Positions 8,304-16,715 of a DNA stretch of 37,589 bases are shown here, piece after piece. The notes under the pieces were generated by a model that did not search any database, had not been told where the DNA came from, and was given only the letters and a program-made list of their open reading frames with translations. This DNA comes from Actinomycetota bacterium (GTDB lineage Bacteria > Actinomycetota > Acidimicrobiia > Acidimicrobiales > Ilumatobacteraceae): contig JBCBDK010000001.1 in the NCBI GenBank assembly GCA_038529675.1, positions 1 to 37,589 of the forward strand, written 5' to 3'. Within the stretch, counting starts at the first letter, position 1. The number at the start of each line of letters is the position of its first letter. Made by a program: the position numbers and the translations under genes.

Positions 8304-10199
8304 TCACGCCGCGAGCGCGCGGGCGAGCTCGTGTGCGAACGTGCAGACGCAGCCCGGCGGCTCACCACCGGCACCGGCGAGGACGCGCAGCGACTCGCGC
8401 AGCCCACGGCGAGCACCACTGACCGACGTGCGAGAGCGACCCGCCGGCACCGGGAACCACCGGCCTTCGAACACCGTGCCCTCGACGTGCACGTCGTCGA
8501 GGGCGCCGGGCGAACGCTCCGGGTCGACGTCGAGCGGGTTCGAGTCGACGACCGTGAAGTTGGCGAGCTTGCCTGGTTCGATCGAACCGAGGTCGTGCTC
8601 GCGCCGCCACGAATGGGCGGCGCCGATCGTGACCGCTCGCAATGCCTCGGCCACACCGATCCGCTGCTCCGGACCGGCCACGCGACCCGACGGGGTGATG
8701 CGATCGACTGCGCACGCCATCATCCCGATCGGGTCGGACCGCCCGATCGGCAGATCGGAGTGGAACGACAACGACACACCGCGGTCGAGCACCGATCGGT
8801 GTCGGGTCATCGAATCGGCTCGTTCGGGCCCGAGCCCCCACTCGCCGTACTTGTCGGCGAAGCCCACCGGGTAGTACGGGTTCGACGAGACGATGCAACC
8901 GAGGCGCTCGATCCGATCCACCTGCTCCTCGGTCGAGTTGGCGAAGTGGACGATCACGGTTCGGTGGTCCTCACGCGGCGTTCGCTGGAGGAGCCGTTCG
9001 ACGTTGTCGAGCACCATGTCGAGACCGGCGTCGCCGTTGACGTGGACGTGGAGTTGGTAGCCGTGCTCCCAGTAGAGCTCGGCGCGTTCGGCGAACATCT
9101 CGGGCGGCATGATCCACTCGCCGTGGTGGTGCGGGTCGGGCGCTCCGTGCTCGTCGACGTACGGCTCACGCATCTGCATCAGTTGGCTGAGGATCGCGCC
9201 GTCGGCGAACAGCTTCACCTGTGCGTCGAAGAACGACAGCTTGCCCGACGGCGCCGACTCGATCTGGCGGCGGGCGCGAGCGAGCGTGTCGGCGTGCGAC
9301 ATACCAGCCTCCGCGGGCCCGCGTCCGTCGGTGATGAAGTACGAGGCGAACGGCGTGTCGTCGTGACCGAGGATCCGTTCGTACTGCTCCCACGCCCCGG
9401 GCACGAGGATCGCACCCGGTTCGTTGAAGGCGGTCACGCCGTTCTGGTGAAGGTACGCGACCATCTGTCGGAGGCCACGTTCGAGTCGGGCGGGGTCGAA
9501 GAGATGGCGCGACACGAGCGGGAAGAGCAGGGCGAAGTTGCCGCGCTCCCAGAAGTGCCCGACGTCGACGCGTGCGGTCGCCGCCACGCCGGGGTCGAGT
9601 GCACCGGCCGCCACCTCGGCATCGAGGTCCCGGTCGAGCAACCCGAGCGCACGCAGCGCCGGCGTGTTGAGGTGGAACTCGTGGATCGATCGCTGCCAGA
9701 CGCAGATCGGCCGGGTGTCGGAGATCGCATCCAGCGCTGCCCGGTCGACGGTCCCGTGCCAGAGCCGGTGGTAGCCCCAGGTGAACAGCCAGCCGTCGAG
9801 ATCGCCCGCCGCGGTCATCCGGTCGTGTGCTGCGGTGACCCGGTCGGCGTACTCCTCGGCTGTGTGTGCGGCGGGGTACGTCACGTCGGGCAGCACCCAG
9901 TCCTCGGTCGCGATGACCTCGGTCGCGAGGGTCGACGCACCGAGGATCGGATGGAGGTGCTGGTCGATCAGACCCGGCAGGATCACCGAGTCGACGAACG
10001 TGTCGTCGATCGTGTGCGGCGAATCCGGGAAGTCACGCTCGATCGCGGCCACCACGTCGTCGATGCTGCCGACTGCGACGATGCGGTCGCCGTCGACCGC
10101 TACGGCCTCGGCGAGCGGTACGTCGGCGGCGGTGAGGTCGCGGCGGTGCAGGCAGCCGGCCATCGTGACCACCGCACGGGCCCGGTGGACGACGATCAT
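8304..10199 (-). CDS. Metal-dependent amidohydrolase (amidohydrolase_3/YtcJ-like)
   Basis: AVAVDGDRIVAVG, PGLIDQHLH (HxH), VKLFADG, HVHVNGD, FHSDLP, GSIEPGKLANF. Confidence 0.9.
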   Translation of the reverse strand: MIVVHRARAVVTMAGCLHRRDLTAADVPLAEAVAVDGDRIVAVGSIDDVVAAIERDFPDSPHTIDDTFVDSVILPGLIDQHLHPILGASTLATEVIATEDWVLPDVTYPAAHTAEEYADRVTAAHDRMTAAGDLDGWLFTWGYHRLWHGTVDRAALDAISDTRPICVWQRSIHEFHLNTPALRALGLLDRDLDAEVAAGALDPGVAATARVDVGHFWERGNFALLFPLVSRHLFDPARLERGLRQMVAYLHQNGVTAFNEPGAILVPGAWEQYERILGHDDTPFASYFITDGRGPAEAGMSHADTLARARRQIESAPSGKLSFFDAQVKLFADGAILSQLMQMREPYVDEHGAPDPHHHGEWIMPPEMFAERAELYWEHGYQLHVHVNGDAGLDMVLDNVERLLQRTPREDHRTVIVHFANSTEEQVDRIERLGCIVSSNPYYPVGFADKYGEWGLGPERADSMTRHRSVLDRGVSLSFHSDLPIGRSDPIGMMACAVDRITPSGRVAGPEQRIGVAEALRAVTIGAAHSWRREHDLGSIEPGKLANFTVVDSNPLDVDPERSPGALDDVHVEGTVFEGRWFPVPAGRSRTSVSGARRGLRESLRVLAGAGGEPPGCVCTFAHELARALAA

Positions 10200-10221
10200 C
10201 GACCGGCCGACGACTCGCAGT

Positions 10222-11076
10222 TCAGGAAGCGCGGCGCACCGGCGAGTCGGCGGGTGCGATCTTCAGCAACAGGTCGCGATCGAGGTCGCGCGCCGGCGGA
10301 AACGCACCGCGCAGCCACCACGGCGGCGAGAACGGTGTCCACTCCCCCGCCGGCTGTGCGAGCCGGTCGGCGATGACCGAGACAGCGGCGGCGTTGTGGC
10401 CGAGCCCGCAGTGGCTCCCGAAGACGCGGACGTTCTCCGAGATCGGAGTCTTGCGGATCAAGCTCGCCTTCCAGGCGACGATCCCGTCGGTGGCCGAGTA
10501 GATCGACGTGGCCGGGACGGGGAACTTCGGGCGGTCGACCTCGCGCAGCCGTTCGCCGAAGAAGTCGGGGTCGTGGAAACGCTGCATCAACTCCCACATC
10601 CGTTGGGCAGACGAGCTGTCGCCATCGGCCATCTGGATCGGTGAGCCGAGCGTGACGACGAGCCGAACGAGGTCCGGCCGGGCCCGTGCCATCTCGCGGG
10701 CGTAGATCCCGCCGAGGCTCCAGCCGATCAGGCTGACCTCACCGCCGGTGCGGTCGGCGACGTACAGCAACCGTCGGGTGAGGCCGGTGACCGCGTCGGA
10801 GGTGGGACCGATGTTCTGCCCCTGACCCCAGCCGTACGTTCGGTACCCGAGATCGCGCAGCAACCGCCGCAACGGTTGCGTCGAGCGGTCGCTGGCCATG
10901 AAGCCGGGGAAGACGAGCACGCCGTGGCCGTCGCCGCGCGGCAGGCGACGCAGCAGCGGCTGGATGGTGGCGAAGTGGGCTCGTTCGGCCACGGCGCGGT
11001 ACTCCGCGGCGGTGAGCAGGGCCGACGGTGGTCGGATCGCTCCCGGCTCGGATTGCGTGTCGGCCGTCACACTCAT
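10222..11076 (-). CDS. Alpha/beta-fold hydrolase (lipase/esterase-like)
   Basis: VLVFPGF oxyanion loop, GWSLGG nucleophile elbow, YSATDGIV (Asp), GSHCGL (His). TAGGGT 6 nt before the ATG. Confidence 0.88.
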   Translation of the reverse strand: MSVTADTQSEPGAIRPPSALLTAAEYRAVAERAHFATIQPLLRRLPRGDGHGVLVFPGFMASDRSTQPLRRLLRDLGYRTYGWGQGQNIGPTSDAVTGLTRRLLYVADRTGGEVSLIGWSLGGIYAREMARARPDLVRLVVTLGSPIQMADGDSSSAQRMWELMQRFHDPDFFGERLREVDRPKFPVPATSIYSATDGIVAWKASLIRKTPISENVRVFGSHCGLGHNAAAVSVIADRLAQPAGEWTPFSPPWWLRGAFPPARDLDRDLLLKIAPADSPVRRAS

Positions 11077-11161
11077 GGGCCAACCCTACCGATGATCGAC
11101 CCGCTGGACCGGTTCGCCGATGCTGCGAAGTACGAACCCGACTTCAGACGCCGACCAGCCT

Positions 11162-11204
11162 CCGGGTCACCAGAACACGTGACCCGGGGAGGGTCACCAG
11201 AACA
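11162..11204. terminator. Hairpin downstream of the DUF427 gene containing a copy of its 3' end
   Basis: CCGGGTCAC-8nt-GTGACCCGG stem (11162-11187). GGGTCACCAGAACA occurs at 11164-11177 and 11191-11204. Confidence 0.55.
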
Positions 11205-11742
11205 TCGTGCCGGCGGCGCCCTTGAACGGGCCGGTCACGTTGGCCGTGATCCACCCGCCGTAGAAGCCGCCCTCGTTCGCGCCGACGCGTTCGTCGTCGA
11301 CCCAGCACTCGTCGAGGGATTGGGCGTAGAACGCCCAGTGGTCGCGGATCGGTTCGAAGAGCGGTGCGGGTTCGGCGTAGCTCCAGCACGCCTCCGCAGC
11401 CTCGCGGGCGCCGGGGACGCGCACGTCCGCGTAGCGCGCGACGCCCTTCCACTCACACATCGAGCGACGCTCCACCTCGACGAGGAACCGGTGGTCGACG
11501 AACTCGTCGGCGACGTAGTAGGCCGGCGCCTGGCTGGTCTCGAGCACGCGGACGGCTCTCGGTGCGTCGACGATGGTCTCGCCGCCGTGTACGACACGGA
11601 GACGCCACTCGACCCGATCGACCGCTGGCGGCCGCGGGAAGTCCCACACCGACTCGACCGGCTTCCCGTTGGGTGCGATGGCGCCCCGACCCCCTGCGGC
11701 GGCCAAGGCATCGGCGGCTTGACGATCGCGCGATCGATTCAT
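11194..11742 (-). CDS. DUF427 domain protein
   Basis: ESVWDFPRPP, RVLETSQAPAYY, SMCEWKGVARY, WSYAEP, GGFYGGWIT, GPFKG. Start placed at ATG 11742, after a purine-rich AGGGA. Confidence 0.88.
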   Translation of the reverse strand: MNRSRDRQAADALAAAGGRGAIAPNGKPVESVWDFPRPPAVDRVEWRLRVVHGGETIVDAPRAVRVLETSQAPAYYVADEFVDHRFLVEVERRSMCEWKGVARYADVRVPGAREAAEACWSYAEPAPLFEPIRDHWAFYAQSLDECWVDDERVGANEGGFYGGWITANVTGPFKGAAGTMFW

Positions 11743-11874
11743 GGTGTGTTCGGTTCCCTCCCTGTCGGCAGCCGCTTGCATCGCGACGTAGTCGATCCAT
11801 CGTCGCGTGTCGGATGCCGCCGTGCTGCACGGCGGCGTCGATTCCGATCGCAGCGAAGTGGCGCGGCGGCCGTG

Positions 11875-12960
11875 TCAGTCGTCGTGGGCGCGGCCGTCGG
11901 CGTCGAGCGTGCCGTACTCCTCGGCTTCGGGCGCTCGCCGGCCCCCGACTCGGCGATCCGCGACCTTCTCCCGAGCCCGCTGCTCCGCTTCGAGCGCTGC
12001 TTCCTCCTCGACCAGCCGATTCAGCGCCTCGAGCCTGACCGGGTCGAGCTCGCCGTCGTCGATCGCCGCCTTGACGGCGCATCCGGGTTCCCGGTCGTGC
12101 TTGCAGTTGCGGAACCGGCAGTGGTCCATCAGGTCGAACACCTCGGCGAAGGCCCGCTCGATCCCGTCGCCCGAGAGCCAGAGGCTGACGGCGCGCACGC
12201 CTGGCGTGTCGATCAGCCACCCTTCGCCCGGCATGGGCAACAGCTCGGCGGCGACCGTGGTGTGCCTCCCGCGCTGATCTCCCTCGCGCACCGACGACGT
12301 GGCCTGGCGTTCGTCACCGAGCAGCGCGTTCACGATGGTCGACTTCCCGACACCGGAGGCACCGAGAAACGCGAGTGTCCGGTTCCCGAGCGCCTGCGCC
12401 GCGATCGCATCGAGGCCGTCACCCGAGCGTCCACTGGCGAGGAGTACCGGGGCGCCGAGCGCTACGTCGGCGAGCGAGCGTCGCGCCGGCTCCGCGTCGT
12501 CGACGAGATCGGTCTTGGTGAGCACGACGACCGGTTCGGCACCCGAGTCATAGGCGAGCACGAGTTCTCGTTCGAGGCGACGCGGGCTCGGGGGCACACC
12601 GAGCGCGTGGACGAGAAAGACGGTGTCGATGTTCGCAGCGAGCGTGTGCGACACCGCACGCATCCCGTCGAACGATGCACGACGCGTGAACGCCGAGTGG
12701 CGCGGCAGGACGTGGGCAACACGTTCGCCGTCGTCGTCGGCCACGATCCAGTCCCCGACGGCGACGTCGGCGCCGATGTTGCGAACCCGGACCGGTTCAT
12801 CCTCACCCTCGACCTCGGCGAACGTGCGAGCGGCGGTGTTCCAGCCACGATCGAGCCGCAGCACCCGGGCCGGCTCGCCCGGCCGACCGAGATCGCCCCA
12901 CGCCTCGTCGAGCGCGTCGGACCACCCGAGTCGCGCATCAGGTGTGGACCGCATCGTCAT
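11875..12960 (-). CDS. rsgA: Ribosome small subunit-dependent GTPase A
   Basis: Circularly permuted G motifs TKTD, GASGVGKS, GRHTT, DTPG; N-terminal AVGDW; Zn site CRFRNCKHDREPGC. Confidence 0.95.
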   Translation of the reverse strand: MTMRSTPDARLGWSDALDEAWGDLGRPGEPARVLRLDRGWNTAARTFAEVEGEDEPVRVRNIGADVAVGDWIVADDDGERVAHVLPRHSAFTRRASFDGMRAVSHTLAANIDTVFLVHALGVPPSPRRLERELVLAYDSGAEPVVVLTKTDLVDDAEPARRSLADVALGAPVLLASGRSGDGLDAIAAQALGNRTLAFLGASGVGKSTIVNALLGDERQATSSVREGDQRGRHTTVAAELLPMPGEGWLIDTPGVRAVSLWLSGDGIERAFAEVFDLMDHCRFRNCKHDREPGCAVKAAIDDGELDPVRLEALNRLVEEEAALEAEQRAREKVADRRVGGRRAPEAEEYGTLDADGRAHDD

Positions 12961-13037
12961 CGCGGTCGCGACGCTACCGATCGGCGGCCCACCCACCGGT
13001 GCCGGTTCCGCTCGCCCACATCGGCGGCGGCCTCCGC

Positions 13038-14918
13038 TCAGTTCCGTGCCCGCGGACCCTCGTCGAGAAACACGAGTCGGCCGTCACGGTCCTTGCGTTG
13101 GAACACCACCGCCGTCCGGTCACCGACGTACGGCCCGGCGGCCACATCGTCGATGGTCCATCGGGTGGTGCCGTCGAGGCTGATGGCGACGGCGGTGCCG
13201 ACGAAGTTGGCCGGGTCGCCGCCGACCACGCCGTTCGCGTCGCGCCAGACCAACGTCCCGTCGGCGGGCGCGTCGAGACCGAACGACGGCAGCAGGTCGT
13301 ACTCGACGATCGGATCGCCGGTGACCGCGTCGAGCAGCGCCGACCGGACATCGGACGTGTCCTCTACGCCTCGTGCGCCCGCGTCGACGACGGCGTCGAT
13401 CGCCCAGCGACCACCGTCGATCGGGCGTGGCAGCTCGAGGACGGACTCCACCGCCCACGTCGCCCTGAGTTCGTCGCCGACGAGTTCGAGGCCCATCGCC
13501 CCGTCCGGTCCGAGGACGACGCCGTGGCGGTCGTCGATCTGCATCAGGAACGACGAGCTGGTGATGACGGGGAGTCGCGACCCGCGTGCATCCTCCGGTC
13601 GGCGATCGAGCAGGACGCGTGCAGCATCGGCCCGGAAGCCGATCTCGACGAGCACGCCATCGTCCGACCCCGAGAAGTAGCGACCGGCGAGTTCGACGAC
13701 GTTGCGTCGATCCGGCGACGTGGTCGCGACCTCCGTCGAGACGACTGGAGCAGGCGACCCGGCCGTGCTGTCGGTCGGGTCGTAGCCCGAGACGTCGAGC
13801 AGCCGCACGGCACCGACGTCGTCGATCACGAGGAGGTCGCCGTCGACGCCGAGGCCGACGAGGCGACCGCCGACCGGCGGGACGGTCTCGCCCGTGGTGA
13901 GGTCGACGAGTTCGAGCGTCGGCTCGGTCGACGGGAACCTGCCGGAGTCGACCAGCGCGAGGCGTCCCATTCCGTCGCCGGACAACACGATGTTGTCGCC
14001 CGACCGTTCCCAGACTCGCCTCCCGGTGTCGGGCTCGACCGCGTAGGAGAAGCGTCCCTCGGCGAACTCCCTCGTCGCGCTGACGACGACCAGGTCGCCG
14101 CGGCCGTCGCGTTCCACGACCGTGAGGGTCGTGCGGACGCTGTCGACCCCTTCGTTCCAGAGCACCGCGCCGTCGTCGAGGTCGTGTGCTGTGATCTCGA
14201 CGCCGCCGGGAGCGACACGGCCGGTGACCGTCACGAGGGCCCGATCGGTGATCGCTGCGTCGAGCACGAAACGCTCGCCCGTGGACACCGCCCAACGTTC
14301 GTCGATCGCTTCGGGCAGGCGGGGCCCGTCGGCAAGGTCCGCTGATCCGGTCCTCGTCACGGCGACGAGGCCGAGGACGAGCACCGCCACCGCGATCGCG
14401 GCGACGACCGTCAGACGACGTCGCGACGGCAACGACCTCCCCGTGTCCCGAGCCGATCCGCCCACGACGTGCCCACCGTCGACCTCCGCATCCGCATCGG
14501 CATCGGCACCCCCATCTGCGTTGACACCGCCCTCGGTGTTCGTCTCGACACCCACAGGGTCGGTGGACCCGGGATCGAACGCCGAGGCGTCCGCCACGTC
14601 GGCGACGTCGTGATCGTCGTGCGGGCGCCAACGTGGTGCCTCGTCGACCAGCGGACGCCGCTGTGCCCCCGCCATGGTCGCTGCGCCGGCGTGTGGCACG
14701 ACGTCGTCACCGGGCGCGAGAAGTGCGGAGCCGGCCGACGCAGCTCCTCCGGCCGGGGCCCATGGCGACGGTGGCGCGGCCGGTGTCGTGTCGGACGAGG
14801 CCGGCCCGTCGGTCGAGCCGACCGGTGCCCCGGCCGCTCGCTCGGCAGGCTCGTCGGCGCTCGGCTCTGGCCCGCTCCAGTCGGGGCGCCACGGGGCGTC
14901 GGCGTCACCGTCCTGCAT
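13038..14918 (-). CDS. Membrane-anchored PQQ-like beta-propeller repeat protein
   Basis: Long acidic/Pro/Ala low-complexity N-terminus, then RRR plus a hydrophobic TM segment (LTVVAAIAVAVLVLGLVAV). Repeats: AHDLDDGAVLW, AVEPDTGRRVW, VDLTTGE, LDAVTGD, AISLDGTTRW. Confidence 0.7.
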   Translation of the reverse strand: MQDGDADAPWRPDWSGPEPSADEPAERAAGAPVGSTDGPASSDTTPAAPPSPWAPAGGAASAGSALLAPGDDVVPHAGAATMAGAQRRPLVDEAPRWRPHDDHDVADVADASAFDPGSTDPVGVETNTEGGVNADGGADADADAEVDGGHVVGGSARDTGRSLPSRRRLTVVAAIAVAVLVLGLVAVTRTGSADLADGPRLPEAIDERWAVSTGERFVLDAAITDRALVTVTGRVAPGGVEITAHDLDDGAVLWNEGVDSVRTTLTVVERDGRGDLVVVSATREFAEGRFSYAVEPDTGRRVWERSGDNIVLSGDGMGRLALVDSGRFPSTEPTLELVDLTTGETVPPVGGRLVGLGVDGDLLVIDDVGAVRLLDVSGYDPTDSTAGSPAPVVSTEVATTSPDRRNVVELAGRYFSGSDDGVLVEIGFRADAARVLLDRRPEDARGSRLPVITSSSFLMQIDDRHGVVLGPDGAMGLELVGDELRATWAVESVLELPRPIDGGRWAIDAVVDAGARGVEDTSDVRSALLDAVTGDPIVEYDLLPSFGLDAPADGTLVWRDANGVVGGDPANFVGTAVAISLDGTTRWTIDDVAAGPYVGDRTAVVFQRKDRDGRLVFLDEGPRARN

Positions 14919-14975
14919 TGAGATGATGGTAGAGGCGTCGGCGTCGGGCTGATCGGTCGAGCCCGTGCCGCCGAG

Positions 14976-16508
14976 TCACGTGCGCGCACGGACGACGAGA
15001 CGACCGGACTCGACCGTCGCCGTCAGTGCCACGCCGTCCCCGATGGCGAGCGGGGCGTCGCCAGGCAACCGCCAACGTTCGGCGCCGTCCAGCCCGATGG
15101 CGATTCGTTCCGTGCCACCGACCGACGGCCGCTTGAGCACGATCCCGTCGGCGGTCGCCGTGTACTCGTCGACCGAGGCTGCGATCGGCGCCAACTCTGC
15201 GATCGTCCGACCCGTGTCGGCGTCGACGGCCTGTTGGCGCCGGCCCTCGAGATCGCTGACGAGCAACGTCGCGCCGCGGTCGCTCGGTGTCGACCCGAGC
15301 AGGACGCCGTCGCGTCGCCACTCGATGACGAGGGTCGGTTCGCGCCCCACCGAGCCGACACCGCCCTCGTCGTCGCGCACTCGGAGCCGGGCCCCGATGA
15401 ACTCCGTGCCGACGCGCAGGACGAACCGCCCCGGCGCGACCTCATCGGCGCGCAGGATGTCGTCGGGTTCCGCATCGAGTCGAGCGGCCAGCTCGACCGC
15501 CGCGGCGATCGACGCCACGACTGCGGCCGACCGCGCGATCTCGAGGGCCTCGTCCGGCGGCCGGGTACCGACCTCGGGCACCGCCACGCTCGTCGCGTCC
15601 ATCTCGACCTGCCCGGACCCGAGCGGCACCGACGCCCCCGTCCGGACGTCGACGAGCACGTCGTCGGCACTGCGCTCCCGCCGGATCCGCAGAACCACGG
15701 CCTCGTCGGTCCGACCGACGATGTCGATCCGCCGGCTGTCGGGAACCACCTCGCGCCAGGCCAACTCGCCATCGTCGACACCGAATGCGGCGACGACCGA
15801 CCCGCCGTCGGTCGATCGAGCGGTGACGACGGCGGTCCCGGCGACGACCTCGATCTGGGGCCGGTGGCCGTCGTCGAACGTCGTGTCGACGATCGATCTC
15901 ATCCACCGGACCGTGTCGATCGACGTCGGAAGCCGCGGGAGACGTGCCAGCGCGAGCTCGTCGACGACCGGCGCCGTGCGACCCGGGGCGACGCGCAGAT
16001 CGGCGCCGCCACCCATCCCACCGACCCGCAGGCCGGCCTCGATCGGCGGCACGGTCAGGATCGTGGTCGTCCCGTCGGTGGACAGGTCCGCCGGGGCGTC
16101 CGCCCCGGCATCGATCGGTGCCGCTGGACGCGCGGGCGGCAAGGTCACGAGGATCGTCGGACGGGGCGCCGCCGACTCGGCCGACCGAACGTCGGGGTCT
16201 GCGGTCTCCGATTCCGTGCCACCACCTGCCGCGAGCACGAATGCGCCCCCGGCGAACGCAACGACCGCGACGCTCGGTACGACGGCCCGGCGCCAACCTC
16301 TCCGGCCGGGGGCCGGCACGACGTCGTCGGCACGTGAGTCCCACATCTCCCATCCGGGCCCGACCGCGACGCCCTCCGGGTGAGCGGCGTCGCGGTCAGA
16401 CCGATCGGCGGTCTCGCGCTGTTCACGCTGTTCACGCCAGACGATCGGCGCGGTCGCGCCCTCCGGCCGCTCGGTGCCCGCGGCCACGGAGCGTCGGCGG
16501 CTGGCCAT
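14976..16508 (-). CDS. Membrane-anchored PQQ-like beta-propeller repeat protein (paralog-like to neighbour)
   Basis: TM segment AVVPSVAVVAFAGGAFVLAA; repeats AFGVDDGELAW, VDVRTGA, AVDADTGR, AIGLDGAERW. Confidence 0.65.
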   Translation of the reverse strand: MASRRRSVAAGTERPEGATAPIVWREQREQRETADRSDRDAAHPEGVAVGPGWEMWDSRADDVVPAPGRRGWRRAVVPSVAVVAFAGGAFVLAAGGGTESETADPDVRSAESAAPRPTILVTLPPARPAAPIDAGADAPADLSTDGTTTILTVPPIEAGLRVGGMGGGADLRVAPGRTAPVVDELALARLPRLPTSIDTVRWMRSIVDTTFDDGHRPQIEVVAGTAVVTARSTDGGSVVAAFGVDDGELAWREVVPDSRRIDIVGRTDEAVVLRIRRERSADDVLVDVRTGASVPLGSGQVEMDATSVAVPEVGTRPPDEALEIARSAAVVASIAAAVELAARLDAEPDDILRADEVAPGRFVLRVGTEFIGARLRVRDDEGGVGSVGREPTLVIEWRRDGVLLGSTPSDRGATLLVSDLEGRRQQAVDADTGRTIAELAPIAASVDEYTATADGIVLKRPSVGGTERIAIGLDGAERWRLPGDAPLAIGDGVALTATVESGRLVVRART

Positions 16509-16676
16509 GTCGGCGAGGGTAGATCGACGCCGGGCGATCCGCCGACCGGTGCGCCGGATGGTCCCGCACCGGCACCTCGGTGCGAGGTGTGCCAGGCGGC
16601 AACCACCGCGTCCACGACGTGGGGGATCGGCGCGGAGCGGGCAGACTCACGACGCCGGGTCGCTGAGCGGCCCGGG

Positions 16677-16706
16677 TTGACAGCACCCACAACGTTCGTC
16701 TATCGA
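16677..16706 (+). promoter_or_regulatory. Candidate topA promoter
   Basis: Consensus -35 TTGACA at 16677-16682, 18-bp spacer, weak -10 TATCGA at 16701-16706, 9 nt before the ATG. Confidence 0.4.
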
Positions 16707-16715
16707 GAGCACGCC

